Shown: positions 10,028 to 22,487 of the stretch, piece after piece
Layout of the letters: every line of letters begins with the position of its first letter
Numbering within the stretch: position 1 is the first letter of the stretch
DNA from: an uncultured Gemmatimonadaceae bacterium
Lineage (GTDB): Bacteria; Gemmatimonadota; Gemmatimonadetes; Gemmatimonadales; Gemmatimonadaceae
Assembly: GCA_963790305.1 (NCBI GenBank)
Contig: CAWBOC010000009.1
Location: 416,001-480,000 of the forward strand
Direction: 5' to 3'
DNA length: 64,000 nt
Program-made: the position numbers and the translations under genes
Notes under the pieces: generated by a model
Databases searched by the model: none
What the model was told of the DNA's origin: nothing
Seen by the model: only the letters and a program-made list of their open reading frames with translations

Positions 10028-13000
10028 TTACTCCTCCCCCCGACCGTTGCCATCGCCGAAGGCACCGCCATCACCATCGGTAGAGCCTAACGTCACCTTG
10101 ATGCCGAGCGCCTGAAGCTCCTTCACCAGCACGTTGAAGGACTCGGGAATGCCCGGATCCGGCAGATTCTGTCCCTTCACGATCGCTTCATACACGCGAC
10201 TGCGACCGTTCACGTCGTCGGACTTGACGGTGAGAATCTCCTGAAGCGTGTGCGCCGCGCCGTACGCCTCGAGCGCCCACACCTCCATTTCACCGAACCG
10301 CTGCCCGCCGAACTGCGCCTTCCCGGCGAGCGGCTGCTGCGTGACGAGCGAGTACGGTCCGATGCTCCGCGCGTGGATCTTGTCGTCCACCAGGTGCGAC
10401 AGCTTCAGCATGTAGATCTCCCCGACCGTCACCGGGCTCGCGAAGCGTTCCCCGCTCCGGCCGTCGCGCAGCCACACCTTCCCCCAGGGCGTGAGCCCCG
10501 CGAGACGCATGAGCTCGCTCACGGCGGCATCGACGTCGGCTTCCGACTTCGGGCCGAGCATCCGAGCCAGCGCCGGCAGCTCGTCCATCTTCAACGTCTC
10601 GGCCGGATCGCGCTCCTGCATTTTCTCCAGCTGCTTGAGCGCGGTCTTCACTTCCCCGCGCCGTGCCTTCGGGATCGAGTCATCATCCCCGACGGTGCCA
10701 TGGTATTGCACCTGGTACTCGATCTCCTGCCGCTCACGCTCGGCCATCTCGCGCGCCGCGGCGGCGACGAAATCGCGCAACCGGTGGAAGAGGTCGCGGG
10801 TCTCCTGGGAGACGACGCGCGCGCCCAGCTCGTTCAGCGACGCCTCTTCGAGCTTCTTGAAGTCTTCCTTCTCGCCCATCGCCGGCTTCACGTCGGTGAG
10901 CAGACGCCGCACCTCGGGGTCGCCGATTGCCGGCCGCGGAGCCGCGAGACGCAGCGCGTCGGCTGCCCAGTGCACTCCGGCAAGCTTGAGCAGCAGGCCG
11001 ATCTCACGCTCGTTGGCGCCCTGGAAGACAGGGGTCTTGGCATAGAAGCCGAGGATGCGCGCCGCCCAGCCCAGATGCGTCTCCAGGATCTGACCGACGT
11101 TCATACGGCTCGGCACACCTAACGGGTTGAGCACAATGTCCACGGGGCGGCCATCGGGAAGGAACGGCATGTCCTCCTCCGGCACGACGCGCGCGACGAT
11201 ACCCTTGTTCCCGTGACGACCGGCCATCTTGTCGCCGACGGAGACCTTGCGCTTCTCCGCCAGATAGACCTTCACCAGCTGAATGACGCCCGGCGGCAGC
11301 TCGTCCGGCTGGAGGATCTTGTCGATCCGCTCCTCCGCCTTCTCCTCGATGCGCGCCTTCTCGGTGTTCGCCGCGTCGATGATCTCGCGAACGCGGTCGT
11401 TCACCTTCTTGTTCTCGACTCGGAACGTCTTGAGGTCCAGTGTCGCGATCTTGAGCTCACGCAGATCGTCCGCGCTCAGCTTCGTGCCGGCGGAAATCGC
11501 TTCCTCGACCGTGCCGGCCTTGAGCGCCAGCGTGACGGTCTGCCCCTCGAGCATCTCACCCAGCTCGGAGTCGCGCACTTCGTTGACGCGGATCTTCTCT
11601 TCCGCCTCGAGACGCCGCACCTCACCAATGCGCTCGCCGCGATCCTTCTCGATCACCTGATCGTCGATCCGCGAGAAGATCTTGACGTCGATGACGACGC
11701 CTTCCATTCCCGGCGGCACCTTCAGCGACGAATCCTTCACGTCCTTCGCCTTCTCGCCGAAGATCGCCGTCAGCAGCTTTTCTTCCGGCGACAGCTCGGT
11801 CTCGCCCTTCGGCGTGATCTTGCCGACGAGGATGTCGCCCGGCTTCACGTGCGCGCCAATGCGCACGATGCCGCGCTCGTCGAGGTCCACGAGGGACTCC
11901 TCGGCGACGTTCGGAATCTCGCGCGTGATCTCTTCCTGACCACGCTTCGTATCGCGGACGTGCAGCTCGAGCTCCTGGATGTGGATCGACGAATAGACGT
12001 CATCCTTGACCAGTCGCTCGGACAGCACGATGGCATCTTCGAAGTTGTGCCCATACCACGGCATGAACGCCACCGTGACGTTCGCGCCCAGCGCCAGCTG
12101 CCCCTTCTCGGTGGCGGCGCCGTCGGCGAGCACGTCACCGGCCTTGATCCGCTGACCGAGCTTCACCAGCGGGCGCTGGTTGATCGCCGTGTCCTGGTTG
12201 GTGCGCCAGTACTTCTTCAGCCGGTACCGGTCGTGCTGCGTGAGTCGCGCGAGCGGACGATCCGACCCGCGACGCTCGTCGGTGCGGCCACGATCGGCTG
12301 GACCGGAGTCGACGATGATCTCGTCGGCCGTTACGCGCGTCACGACACCCGCTCGCTTCGCGATCACGACCGCGCCAGAATCGCGTGCCACCTTCTCCTC
12401 GAGGCCCGTGCCCACGACGGGCGTGCGCGGGTTGAGGAGCGGGACCGCCTGCCGCTGCATGTTCGAGCCCATGAGAGCGCGGTTCGCGTCGTCATGCTCG
12501 AGGAATGGAATGAGCGCCGCCGCGATCGAGACGAGCTGTTCGGGCGACACATCCATGTAGTCAATGCGATCGGGCGGCACGAGCGGCACGTCGCCACGCT
12601 GCCGGCAGAGCACCAGCTCGTCGGAGAACGTGCCGTCCTCACGGATCTGCGCGTTCGCCTGCGCGATGACGACTTCCTCTTCGCGGTTGGCGTCGAGCCA
12701 CTCGATCTCGCCGGTCACCTTGCCGTTCTTCACGACCCGATAAGGCGTCTCGACGAAGCCGAGATCGTTCACGCGGGCGTAGCAGGCGAGCGACGTGATG
12801 AGCCCAATGTTCGGACCTTCCGGCGTCTCGATCGGGCACATGCGCCCGTACTGCGAGTAGTGCACGTCGCGGACCTCGAAGCCCGCACGCTCGCGCGTCA
12901 AGCCACCGGGGCCTAACGCCGAGAGGCGGCGCTTGTGGGTCAGCTCCGCCAGCGGGTTCGTCTGGTCCATGAACTGGCTGAGCTGCGACGAGCCGAAGAA

Positions 13001-14626
13001 CGCCTGGATCACCGCCGAGACCGTTCGCGCGTTGACCAGATCGTCGAGCGTGATCTTCTCCGGATCGGTGTTGATCGACATGCGCTCCTTCACCAGGCGC
13101 GCCATGCGCGACAAGCCGACGGAGAACTGGTTCGCGATCAGCTCACCCACCGACCGAATGCGCCGGTTGCCGAGGTGATCGATGTCGTCCGTGTACCCGC
13201 GCCCTTCGTGGAGCTCCACGAGGTAGCGGATGATCGCAATGAAGTCTTCCTTGGTGAGCACGGTGTGGCTCGCGGGAAGGTTCAGCGCCAGACGCTGGTT
13301 GATCTTGTACCGGCCGACGCGCCCGAGGTCGTAGCGCTTGGGCGAGAAGAACAGGCGCTCCAGTGCGAGGCGCGCCGTCTCGATGTTCGGCGCGTCGCCC
13401 GGACGCAGCAGCGAGTAGATCTGCTGCAAGGCATCCTTTTCCGCCTTGGTGGGATCCTTCGCCAGCGTGTTCTTGATCAGCGTCGACTCGGCGCGGCCGG
13501 AGGCGACGAACACGTTGACCTTGTTGATCTCCGCCTTGCGCAGCTTCCGAATGAGCGTGTCGGTGAGCTGCTGCCCCGTCTCGGCGATCACCTCGCCGGT
13601 GTCGGCCTCGACGACGTCGGTTGCCAGGACGCGACGCTGGGGGCGCTCCCCGCGCTCGATCGCGTCGACCTCATCGCGCAGGTCGATCAGCGTATACGAG
13701 GCGAAGACCTTTACCGCATCGATATTCAGCCTCCGCAGGCGGTTATATACCTCGGGGGTGAGCTCGTCGCCTTCCTTGACGAGCATCTCCGCCTCGGCCC
13801 GCTCCCGCTCCGCGCGTGCCTTCTTCGTCTTGAGCTTGGGCGCCTCGGGATCGTGCGCCTCGCCGGCGAGCGTGATGTCCTCGGCGATGATCGCGCCGAG
13901 CACTTCGCGCTGGTCGCCACGACTCTCGAGCTTCTTGGTGAGATCGAGCTCACGCACCGCGAAGAAGAGTCGGAGGATGTCCGAGTTGGTCCCGTAGCCT
14001 AACGCGCGCAGCAGCGCCGTGGCCGGGAACTTCTTCTTCTTGTCGATGTGGACGAAGATCACGTCGTGAATGTCGACGGTGAACTCCACCCACGACCCGC
14101 GGAAGGGGATGATGCGCGCCGAGATCAGCCGCTGGCCGTTCGGGTGCGTGGACTCCTCGAACACCACGCCCGGCGACCGGTGCAGCTGGCTGACGATGAC
14201 CCGCTCCGCCCCGTTGATGACGAAGGTGCCCAGCCCGGTGAGCAAGGGCAGCTCGCCGAGGTAGACCTCCTTCTCGATGATGTTGCGCGGGCGCTTTGCG
14301 CCGTTGACCTCCTCGTTCACCACGAGCTGCAGCGTCGCCTTCAGCGGCGCCGAGTAGGTCATGTCGCGCTCGATGCACTCCTCGACGGAGTACTTCGGCT
14401 CGCCCAGCGAGTACCGCACGAACTCCAGCGAGTAGTTCTCGTGGACGTCCGTGATCGGGAAGAGGTCCTTGAACACGCGCTCGAGACCCACGTCCTCGCG
14501 ATCGTGCGAGGCGGCATCCAGCTGGAGCAGCGCCTCGAAGGCGCGCGTCTGGATATCGAGGAGATGTGGCATCTCCATTCCGTGCTCGAGCTTGGCGAAC
14601 GAAATCTGCTTCAGCATATCAGGCAT
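10028..14626 (-). CDS. rpoB: RNA polymerase beta subunit
   Basis: [58 protein letters not shown]. Confidence 0.99.
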   Translation of the reverse strand: MPDMLKQISFAKLEHGMEMPHLLDIQTRAFEALLQLDAASHDREDVGLERVFKDLFPITDVHENYSLEFVRYSLGEPKYSVEECIERDMTYSAPLKATLQLVVNEEVNGAKRPRNIIEKEVYLGELPLLTGLGTFVINGAERVIVSQLHRSPGVVFEESTHPNGQRLISARIIPFRGSWVEFTVDIHDVIFVHIDKKKKFPATALLRALGYGTNSDILRLFFAVRELDLTKKLESRGDQREVLGAIIAEDITLAGEAHDPEAPKLKTKKARAERERAEAEMLVKEGDELTPEVYNRLRRLNIDAVKVFASYTLIDLRDEVDAIERGERPQRRVLATDVVEADTGEVIAETGQQLTDTLIRKLRKAEINKVNVFVASGRAESTLIKNTLAKDPTKAEKDALQQIYSLLRPGDAPNIETARLALERLFFSPKRYDLGRVGRYKINQRLALNLPASHTVLTKEDFIAIIRYLVELHEGRGYTDDIDHLGNRRIRSVGELIANQFSVGLSRMARLVKERMSINTDPEKITLDDLVNARTVSAVIQAFFGSSQLSQFMDQTNPLAELTHKRRLSALGPGGLTRERAGFEVRDVHYSQYGRMCPIETPEGPNIGLITSLACYARVNDLGFVETPYRVVKNGKVTGEIEWLDANREEEVVIAQANAQIREDGTFSDELVLCRQRGDVPLVPPDRIDYMDVSPEQLVSIAAALIPFLEHDDANRALMGSNMQRQAVPLLNPRTPVVGTGLEEKVARDSGAVVIAKRAGVVTRVTADEIIVDSGPADRGRTDERRGSDRPLARLTQHDRYRLKKYWRTNQDTAINQRPLVKLGQRIKAGDVLADGAATEKGQLALGANVTVAFMPWYGHNFEDAIVLSERLVKDDVYSSIHIQELELHVRDTKRGQEEITREIPNVAEESLVDLDERGIVRIGAHVKPGDILVGKITPKGETELSPEEKLLTAIFGEKAKDVKDSSLKVPPGMEGVVIDVKIFSRIDDQVIEKDRGERIGEVRRLEAEEKIRVNEVRDSELGEMLEGQTVTLALKAGTVEEAISAGTKLSADDLRELKIATLDLKTFRVENKKVNDRVREIIDAANTEKARIEEKAEERIDKILQPDELPPGVIQLVKVYLAEKRKVSVGDKMAGRHGNKGIVARVVPEEDMPFLPDGRPVDIVLNPLGVPSRMNVGQILETHLGWAARILGFYAKTPVFQGANEREIGLLLKLAGVHWAADALRLAAPRPAIGDPEVRRLLTDVKPAMGEKEDFKKLEEASLNELGARVVSQETRDLFHRLRDFVAAAAREMAERERQEIEYQVQYHGTVGDDDSIPKARRGEVKTALKQLEKMQERDPAETLKMDELPALARMLGPKSEADVDAAVSELMRLAGLTPWGKVWLRDGRSGERFASPVTVGEIYMLKLSHLVDDKIHARSIGPYSLVTQQPLAGKAQFGGQRFGEMEVWALEAYGAAHTLQEILTVKSDDVNGRSRVYEAIVKGQNLPDPGIPESFNVLVKELQALGIKVTLGSTDGDGGAFGDGNGRGEE

Positions 14627-14760
14627 GGCTCACCCGCGCAGACGAAAAGAAGCCCCGCCCCGTTTCCCATTGTGAAAAACGTGGCCAGAGCAAAAGCTGC
14701 TTCAGTTGTAAAGCGACGATGACAGTCAGCATCGCGTGGGTAGTGAAAGTGGCCGGGAGG

Positions 14761-14807
14761 AGGGCTCGAGGGACGCGAGAGTCGTGACCCTCGATCCGTC
14801 GAGCCCT
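14761..14807. repeat. Short inverted repeat/hairpin between rplL and rpoB (possible attenuator/terminator)
   Basis: agggctcga...tcgagccct arms. Confidence 0.45.
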
Positions 14808-14816
14808 GACACCCGA

Positions 14817-15215
14817 CTACTTCACTTCCACGCTCGCTCCCTGCTCCTCGAGCTTGGCCTTGATCTGGGCGGCTTCGTCCTTCGAGACGCCGGACTTCAC
14901 GACGTTCGGGGAACCGTCGACCAGATCCTTTGCTTCCTTGAGACCGAGGCCGGTGATCTCACGAACCACCTTGATGACCTGGATCTTCTTCGCACCCGCT
15001 TCCTTGAGGGTGACGTTGAACTCGGTCTGCTCTTCTACTGGAGCGGCGGCTGCGCCGCCTCCCCCGCCACCCGGGGCGCCACCACCAACCGGTGCCGCCG
15101 CGATCGTGACGTTGAACTTCGACTTGAAGGCTTCGATCAGCTCGGCGAGCTCGAAGACCGACATGTTGCCGATCGCATCGAGAATCTCGTCCTTGCTCAT
15201 GGTCGCGTTAGCCAT
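14817..15215 (-). CDS. rplL: 50S ribosomal protein L7/L12
   Basis: [31 protein letters not shown]. Confidence 0.98.
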   Translation of the reverse strand: MANATMSKDEILDAIGNMSVFELAELIEAFKSKFNVTIAAAPVGGGAPGGGGGGAAAAPVEEQTEFNVTLKEAGAKKIQVIKVVREITGLGLKEAKDLVDGSPNVVKSGVSKDEAAQIKAKLEEQGASVEVK

Positions 15216-15311
15216 TGTATCCTCTGCTTCGTGATGAATAGTACCCGTGGTCGTCGCTACCGGTCCGTGATCCGACCGGCCGTGGGCTGTCGTTGAGCGC
15301 GTCGCGGCCCG

Positions 15312-15833
15312 CTAGGCGCTCGCACCTTCTTTTTGCGTCCGGAGCGCCTCGAGCGCGCCCGCGAACATGTACAGCAAGCCGTTCAGCGCGCCCACGAAGG
15401 CGGCCATCGGCGACATCAACCCGGCGCCCAGATCGGCGAGCATCTGCTCGCGCGAGGGCAGCGCAGCCAACTGCTTCACCTGCGCCACGTTGATTTGCTT
15501 CCCTTCGAGCAGCCCGCCTTTCACCTCGGGCTTGGAGTCGAACTCCTTCGCGAAGTCGGTGAGGACCTTGGCGGCCGCGATCGGATCCTTCCCGATCACG
15601 ACACCGGTGGGCCCACGAAGGCGCTGCCCCGCGAGGCCGCTTTCGTTGACCGCGCGCAGCGCGAGGGTGTTCTTGATGACCACGTACTCCACCCCCGCCT
15701 TGCGCAGGCGGCGGCGCAGCTCGGTCATCCGCTTCACGTTGAGGCCCGTGAAGTCGGTGTAGTAGAGCGCCTTCGCGCCCTCCATCTTCTCACGCAGCTC
15801 GGTGACGAGCTGTTCCTTTTCGGATCGCTTCAT
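15312..15833 (-). CDS. rplJ: 50S ribosomal protein L10
   Basis: DFTGLNV, VIKNTL, LPSREQMLA; position between rplA and rplL. Confidence 0.96.
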   Translation of the reverse strand: MKRSEKEQLVTELREKMEGAKALYYTDFTGLNVKRMTELRRRLRKAGVEYVVIKNTLALRAVNESGLAGQRLRGPTGVVIGKDPIAAAKVLTDFAKEFDSKPEVKGGLLEGKQINVAQVKQLAALPSREQMLADLGAGLMSPMAAFVGALNGLLYMFAGALEALRTQKEGASA

Positions 15834-15839
15834 CGCTCG

Positions 15840-16529
15840 TTACCGGTACGGGGTGGTATCGATCGTAACGCCCGGTCCCATGGTGCTCGAGATCGCGACG
15901 TTTCTGATGTAGACGCCCTTCGACGCGGATGGCTTGGACCGAACGATCTGGTCCATGAACGCGCCAAAGTTCTGCTCCAGCTGGTCGTGCGTGAACGAAA
16001 CCTTGCCGATGGGCGCGTGGACGTTCCCAGCCTTGTCGACGCGGAACTCGATCTTGCCCGCTTTCACCTCACGCACGGCGCGGCCGACGTCGAAGGTGAC
16101 GGTGCCCGCCTTGGGGTTCGGCATGAGACCGCGGGGTCCGAGAATGCGGCCCAGCTGTCCGATCTGTCCCATCTGATCGGGCGTCGCGACCATGACGTCG
16201 AAATCGAGCCAGCCTTCCTTGATCTTCGCAATGTGCTCGACCCCGACGAAGTCGGCGCCCGCCGCCTCCGCCTCACGCGCTTTCTCGCCGACTGCGATGA
16301 CCAGCACGCGCACCGACTTTCCGCTGCCCGCGGGCAGCACGACCGTGCCGCGCACGACCTGATCCGCGTGGCGCGGATCGACGCCTAACCGGACAGCGAC
16401 CTCGACCGTCTCATCGAACTTCGCGAACGCGCCGTTCTTCACCAGCTCGATGGCCTGCTTGGCCGGATAGTGCGTTCCGATGTCGCGTCCCTTGGCGGCT
16501 TCCTTGTACTTCTTTCCGTGGCGCCGCAT
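15840..16529 (-). CDS. rplA: 50S ribosomal protein L1
   Basis: [29 protein letters not shown]. Confidence 0.98.
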   Translation of the reverse strand: MRRHGKKYKEAAKGRDIGTHYPAKQAIELVKNGAFAKFDETVEVAVRLGVDPRHADQVVRGTVVLPAGSGKSVRVLVIAVGEKAREAEAAGADFVGVEHIAKIKEGWLDFDVMVATPDQMGQIGQLGRILGPRGLMPNPKAGTVTFDVGRAVREVKAGKIEFRVDKAGNVHAPIGKVSFTHDQLEQNFGAFMDQIVRSKPSASKGVYIRNVAISSTMGPGVTIDTTPYR

Positions 16530-16954
16530 CAGCTCTCGACCTCCACGCCCATCGAGCGAGCGGCGCCGGCGACCATTGCCATGGCGGAGTCGATCGTGTC
16601 GCAGTTGAGGTCAGGGAGCTTGAGCTCCGCGATCTTGCGAACTTGCGCCTTGGACAGCTTACCCACCTTGGTGCGATTCGGGACGCCCGACCCCTTGTCG
16701 AGGCCCAGCTCCTTCTTGATCAGAATCGCCGCGGGGGGTGTCTTGGTGATGAAGGTGAAGGACTTGTCCGAGAAGATCGTGATCTCCACGGGCGTGATGG
16801 TCCCGTCCTGCGCCTGCGTTCTGGCGTTGAACTCCTTGCAGAACGCCATGATGTTGATGCCGTGCGGCCCGAGCGCCGTGCCGACGGGCGGCGCGGGATT
16901 CGCGCGACCGGCCGGCACCTGCAGCTTCACAAAGCCAATTGCTTTCTTAGCCAT
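16529..16954 (-). CDS. rplK: 50S ribosomal protein L11
   Basis: [30 protein letters not shown]. Confidence 0.98.
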   Translation of the reverse strand: MAKKAIGFVKLQVPAGRANPAPPVGTALGPHGINIMAFCKEFNARTQAQDGTITPVEITIFSDKSFTFITKTPPAAILIKKELGLDKGSGVPNRTKVGKLSKAQVRKIAELKLPDLNCDTIDSAMAMVAGAARSMGVEVES

Positions 16955-17026
16955 ACATTCCTCTAGCGCTTGACGCTCCCACTGGCGGTTTAACGTCGAA
17001 GTGGTGGTCGACGGACTTCAACTTCC

Positions 17027-17137
17027 GCAGACGTCAGGGATCAGACGTCAGGTGTCAGGTCTCAGGACCTTCCAACTTCACGATGTCGTGGCCGTTTTCT
17101 GACCACTGACAGCTGACGTCTGACACCCGACGTCTGC
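17027..17137. repeat. Inverted array of 7-mer tandem repeats (TCAGNNN / NNNCTGA) between nusG and rplK
   Basis: gcagacg tcaggga tcagacg tcaggtg tcaggtc tcagg ... ctgacca ctgacag ctgacgt ctgacac ccgacgt ctgc. Confidence 0.7.
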
Positions 17138-17154
17138 GGAAGTTGATCTCGAGC

Positions 17155-17697
17155 TCAGTGAGCTCGAAGCTGCAAATAATCCAGCTCTACACTCGTTGGC
17201 CGGCCGAAGAGAGAGACAGACACTCTCACTTTGCCCTTGTCGGGGTACACCTCTTCCACCGTCCCGTTGAAATCGCTGAACGGCCCCTCGGTGATCGCCA
17301 CCGCCTGACCGACGAGAAACGGGATCTCTTCTTTCGGCTCCTGCTCCTCGAGCTCATCGGCGATGCCGAGGAGTCGGTTCACTTCTTCCGGGCGCAGCGG
17401 CTGCGGCAGGCGGTCGTGCCCGACGAACTTGATCACACCCTGGATGCTGTTAATGACGTGGAGCGTCTCCTGGTTCATGATCATCTCCACGAGCACGTAG
17501 CCGGGATAGATCTTCCGCTCCACCGTCACCTTCTTGCCGTTCTTGATCTCGATCTGGTCCTGCGTCGGCACGAGCGCCTGACGAATCGGACGCTCCTCCG
17601 CCGCCTTGGGATCAGCGTCGATCTTTCGCTGAACCAGCGACCGAACCTTGTTCTCGTGCCCCGCGGTGGTCTGAATGGCGTACCAGCGATGGGTCAT
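17155..17697 (-). CDS. nusG: Transcription termination/antitermination factor NusG
   Basis: [24 protein letters not shown] motif [17 protein letters not shown]. Confidence 0.98.
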   Translation of the reverse strand: MTHRWYAIQTTAGHENKVRSLVQRKIDADPKAAEERPIRQALVPTQDQIEIKNGKKVTVERKIYPGYVLVEMIMNQETLHVINSIQGVIKFVGHDRLPQPLRPEEVNRLLGIADELEEQEPKEEIPFLVGQAVAITEGPFSDFNGTVEEVYPDKGKVRVSVSLFGRPTSVELDYLQLRAH

Positions 17698-17700
17698 CGC

Positions 17701-17955
17701 TTACTGCACTCCGAAGAGCGACGGAATGCCGCGCACGAGGATCGCCTGGAGCGCGAGATCCATGAGCGCGATCACCGCTCCGATGAGCAGCACGAACACG
17801 ATGATGGCGATGGTCGCCTGCCGAAGCTGCGTACGATCCGGCCAGGTGACCTTCCGCATCTCCTGACGCACCTCGCCGAGGAACGTCGGGATCTCACGGA
17901 GGCCATCCATGAACCGGGCAAATCCACCGCGACGCGGGGCAACGCTCGTCGACAT
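17701..17955 (-). CDS. secE: Preprotein translocase subunit SecE
   Basis: EMRKVTWP followed by one TM helix; upstream of nusG. Confidence 0.95.
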   Translation of the reverse strand: MSTSVAPRRGGFARFMDGLREIPTFLGEVRQEMRKVTWPDRTQLRQATIAIIVFVLLIGAVIALMDLALQAILVRGIPSLFGVQ

Positions 17956-17956
17956 G

Positions 17957-18109
17957 CTACTTCGTTTCCTTGTGCAACGTGTGCTTGTTGCAGCGGGGGC
18001 AATACTTCTTCCACTCGACGCGCTCGGGATGCAGACGCTTGTTCTTGTCGGTGAAGTAGTTGCGGTTTTTGCAGTCGTTACAGGCGAGAATGATTTTCTC
18101 TCTAGGCAT
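17957..18109 (-). CDS. rpmG: 50S ribosomal protein L33 (zinc-binding type; below the ORF-track cutoff)
   Basis: Manual translation [50 protein letters not shown]. Confidence 0.96.
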   Translation of the reverse strand: MPREKIILACNDCKNRNYFTDKNKRLHPERVEWKKYCPRCNKHTLHKETK

Positions 18110-18126
18110 AGCTTTCTATTTCAACT

Positions 18127-18179
18127 GGAATGCGGAAGGCGGAATGCGGATACTACTTCCGCATTCCGAATTCCGTATT
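18127..18179. repeat. GCGGAAT 7-mer inverted-repeat element (copy 1)
   Basis: ggaatgc ggaaggc ggaatgc gga-loop-tcc gcattcc gaattcc gtatt. Confidence 0.8.
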
Positions 18180-18182
18180 GGC

Positions 18183-19376
<1,194 letters not shown>

Positions 19377-19412
19377 GGTCGTCTGTTCCTAACTAATGAG
19401 AGTGCTTCTTCA

Positions 19413-19474
19413 GAAGGCGGAATGCGGAATGCGGATTCTTTTTTTCCGCATTCCGAATTCCGCATTCGCCTTCC
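19413..19474. repeat. GCGGAAT 7-mer inverted-repeat element (copy 2)
   Basis: gaaggcggaatgcggaatgcgga-loop-tccgcattccgaattccgcattcgccttc. Confidence 0.8.
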
Positions 19475-19476
19475 AG

Positions 19477-19549
19477 AGCTCGCGATCGGGATTGAACCAA
19501 TGACCTCACCCTTACCAAGGGTGTGCTCTACCAACTGAGCTACGCGAGC
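19477..19549 (-). tRNA. tRNA-Thr(GGT)
   Basis: Cloverleaf GCTCGCG...CGCGAGC; anticodon arm CCCTT-GGT-AAGGG; T-loop GGTTCAATCC. Confidence 0.95.
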
Positions 19550-19680
19550 GGCGCTACTGTCCGAGGCATTTGTTCACGCCGAAAGCCGCCGTGCCCGCGG
19601 CGGCCTCCGCGATCGATCATCGATCTCTTCCTGCGCGCGGCATCGACACCGCATCCCATCCTACCTAACGACGACACCCA

Positions 19681-19753
19681 AGCGGGAGACGGGGCTCGAA
19701 CCCGCGACATCAAGCTTGGAAGGCTTGCGCTCTACCAGCTGAGCTACTCCCGC
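19681..19753 (-). tRNA. tRNA-Gly(TCC)
   Basis: GCGGGAG acceptor; CAAGC-CT-TCC-AA-GCTTG; GGTTCGAGCC. Confidence 0.95.
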
Positions 19754-19768
19754 GACACTGTGCGACAG

Positions 19769-19851
19769 TGGTGGGGGAAGGATTCGAACCTTCGAAGGCC
19801 GGAGCCGACAGATTTACAGTCTGTTCCCTTTGACCGCTTGGGTACCCCACC
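19769..19851 (-). tRNA. tRNA-Tyr(GTA)
   Basis: GGTGGGG acceptor; ACAGA-CT-GTA-AA-TCTGT; long variable arm; GGTTCGAATCC. Confidence 0.95.
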
Positions 19852-19902
19852 GATCGGATCACGCCGACCGCCCCGCGTCGAGTACCCTGGCGACTCGCTC
19901 AG

Positions 19903-19975
19903 AGCTGACGGCGAGAATCGAACTCGCAACCTGCCGCTTACAAGGCGGCTGCTCTGCCATTTGAGCTACGTCAGC
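19903..19975 (-). tRNA. tRNA-Thr(TGT)
   Basis: GCTGACG acceptor; CCGC-CT-TGT-AA-GCGG; AGTTCGATTC. Confidence 0.93.
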
Positions 19976-20001
19976 GCACGGCAGTTTTTTGCGAGACTCT
20001 T

Positions 20002-20030
20002 AGGATAACCAGGGCGGAAAAGCGTGTCAA
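20002..20030 (-). promoter_or_regulatory. Sigma70 promoter of the tRNA-tuf operon
   Basis: Minus strand TTGACA-17 nt-TATCCT, about 26 nt upstream of tRNA-Thr(TGT). Confidence 0.8.
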
Positions 20031-20049
20031 TACACGGTCAGACAGCGAC

Positions 20050-21495
20050 TTAGCCGCCGCGCACCACCCGCCACTCGGTTCCACCGGGCCCATCCTTCAC
20101 TTCGATCCCTCGCTGCTCGATCTCGTGGCGGATCGCATCGGCGAGCACGAAGTTGCGCGCCGCGCGGGCTTCCCGACGCGCCGCGAGCCTCTCCTCCACC
20201 CATTGCGCCAGTTGCTCACGCTCCAGTCGGGCGTTGTCGTCGCCGTCTGCGTCCTGCGCGCGCGGGGTGAGGTCGAGCACACCGTCAATGGTCGCGAACG
20301 CGGCACGCGCGCGGTCCAGGCCGTCGCGGTCCGCACCGTTCTTGTTGAGCTCGGCGTTCGCGCTTCGAATGAACGTGAAGAGCGCGGCAAGCGCTTCCGG
20401 CGCGTTGAGATCGTCGAAGAGCGCCGCCCGCACCTCCCGCTCGGCGTCTTCCGCTGCCCGCGCGAGCTTCGGCGTCCCGCCTCGGGCCTTCGCCAGCCGG
20501 TCGGCAAACTCCCCAATGCGTCGCACCGCCTGGACCGAACCCTCGAGCGCATCGTCCTTGAGGTTCAGCTGTTGGCGATAATGGACGCCGAACATCAGGT
20601 GGCGCGCCGCGACCCCCGGGATGCGCTGCTCACGCAACGTTTCGACGGTCACGACGTTCCCCACCCGCTTCGCCATCTTCGAGCCCTCGACCAGAAGAAA
20701 CTCGCCGTGACACCAGAGGCGAGCGAACGGAACGCCCGTGGCCCCTTCGGACTGGGCGATCTCATCCTCGTGATGCGGGAAGATGAGATCGACCCCGCCG
20801 CAGTGAAGGTCCAGGGTCTGGCCGAGATACTTCATCGCCATCGCCGAGCACTCGAGATGCCAGCCGGGACGGCCGCGTCCCCATGGTGCGTCCCATGCGG
20901 CACCAGTGCGCTCGTCCTCCGGCTTCGCCGCTTTCCAGAGCGCGAAATCGCGCACGTCCTCCTTGTTGTAATCATCGGCGGCGACGCGCGCGCCCGGCTT
21001 GATGGTGCGCGTGTCGAGGCGAGAGAGCCGTCCGTATCCCTCGAACTTCGAGATCGCGTAATAGATCGACCCGTCCTCGGCACGGTAGGCGAGTCCGCGT
21101 TTCATGAGTCGACCAATCAGGTCGATCATCTCCGGAATGTGCTCGGTCGCCTTCGGGTACACCTCCGCATCCTCGATGCGCATGTACCGGCGATCGCGAT
21201 GAAAGAGCGCCGTGATCGGCTCGGTGATCTCGCGAATGGAGAGGCCGTCTTCGTGCGCCTTCGTGATGATCTTGTCGTCGACGTCGGTGAGGTTCATGAC
21301 CTGCACCACACCCCACCCATTCAGCCGAAGCGTCCGCCGAAGGAGGTCCTCGAAGAGGAACGTTCGATAGTTTCCAATGTGCGCAGGCTTGTACACGGTG
21401 GGCCCGCACGTGTACAACCGAACGGTCTTGCCGTCCGCCGGGGCGAACGGCTCGACACGCCGCGACATCGTGTTGTAGAGGGCGAACTCCGACAT
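20050..21495 (-). CDS. cysS: Cysteine--tRNA ligase
   Basis: YTCGPTVY, HIGN, GRPGWHLECSAM, DLIFPHHEDE, KMAKR (KMSKS-like); start taken at MSEFALYNT. Confidence 0.96.
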   Translation of the reverse strand: MSEFALYNTMSRRVEPFAPADGKTVRLYTCGPTVYKPAHIGNYRTFLFEDLLRRTLRLNGWGVVQVMNLTDVDDKIITKAHEDGLSIREITEPITALFHRDRRYMRIEDAEVYPKATEHIPEMIDLIGRLMKRGLAYRAEDGSIYYAISKFEGYGRLSRLDTRTIKPGARVAADDYNKEDVRDFALWKAAKPEDERTGAAWDAPWGRGRPGWHLECSAMAMKYLGQTLDLHCGGVDLIFPHHEDEIAQSEGATGVPFARLWCHGEFLLVEGSKMAKRVGNVVTVETLREQRIPGVAARHLMFGVHYRQQLNLKDDALEGSVQAVRRIGEFADRLAKARGGTPKLARAAEDAEREVRAALFDDLNAPEALAALFTFIRSANAELNKNGADRDGLDRARAAFATIDGVLDLTPRAQDADGDDNARLEREQLAQWVEERLAARREARAARNFVLADAIRHEIEQRGIEVKDGPGGTEWRVVRGG

Positions 21496-21527
21496 TTCGC
21501 GGAAGCTAGAGAGCGCCCGATGGACGG

Positions 21528-22436
21528 TCAACGGATGGGCGCGCGCTCCTCCGCGACGCGAGCGCGCGACAGGCTTCCGACCATTACGATCCGCGAGCCA
21601 TGGACGGCAATGCCAAGGCGGCGGCACTCGGCCAACACGTCCTCGGCGGATGCGCCGCCAAGCGCGACGCGCACGGTGCGTGGGCCGGCGGAGCGGGCGG
21701 GCCGAGTGCGGCCGAGCCGCGATGCGACGCGTGATGCGTGATCGACGGTGAGCTCGAGGGCGCGCGGGAGCGGCGCCGAGAGCGCGCGCAGGCGTCCCTC
21801 CTCGAGCGCCAACACGCGCAATGCGACCGCGGCCAGCGTGCGTGCGCTCACGGCGGAGGCGACCACGGTCACGCCTCGCGTCGCGAGCCAGGCGATAGTG
21901 TCGGGAATTTCCCGTCCGCCTTGCAGGTCCGGCTCGTCCGCAATGTCATCGAGCAGCGCGATGCGCGGAGGTGAAAGCACCAGCTCGGCCAGCGCGAGGC
22001 GGCGCAGCTCACCGGCGCTGAGCCGCGAAAGGCGCACCGATGCGCTCGCACCCATCGCAACACGCTCGAGAGCGATGCGGAGATCGCTCGCCTTGGGCGT
22101 GATGTCCCGCCGAAGCATCGCGTGCGTGAGCGACTCGGCGACCGTCATGCACCCGTAGTGCGACGGCACCGAGCGATAGATCACTCCCGCCGGCCGGCCA
22201 GCAGGGGATGTCGTTTCGCCGAACCACTGGACGCGGCCGCGGTCGGGGCGAAGCAGACCGGCCGCACACATGAGAAGTGTGCTCTTCCCTGACCCAGGCC
22301 GCCCGGTAATGATGACGACCTCGTGCGGACGCACGTGCAGCGTGACGCCACGAAGCGCCTGAACGGTGGCTCGGCAGGTGCCGAGGCCGACCCGATATCG
22401 TTTGTGAACGCCGAACAGGCGGAGTGCGTGTGACAT
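21528..22436 (-). CDS. ABC-type ATP-binding protein with degenerate motifs
   Basis: Walker A GRPGSGKS, signature LSAGE, Walker B LLDD; no evident H-loop His. Confidence 0.7.
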   Translation of the reverse strand: MSHALRLFGVHKRYRVGLGTCRATVQALRGVTLHVRPHEVVIITGRPGSGKSTLLMCAAGLLRPDRGRVQWFGETTSPAGRPAGVIYRSVPSHYGCMTVAESLTHAMLRRDITPKASDLRIALERVAMGASASVRLSRLSAGELRRLALAELVLSPPRIALLDDIADEPDLQGGREIPDTIAWLATRGVTVVASAVSARTLAAVALRVLALEEGRLRALSAPLPRALELTVDHASRVASRLGRTRPARSAGPRTVRVALGGASAEDVLAECRRLGIAVHGSRIVMVGSLSRARVAEERAPIR

Positions 22437-22487
22437 GGGGCGGACGAAGGGTGCCCCAATGTGATCAGCGCGCGCCGAACCTCCGCA

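Noticed and set aside
19477..20050. Integrative element at the tRNA cluster
   Set aside because: No integrase and no duplicated tRNA 3' end seen; the flanks are core genes.
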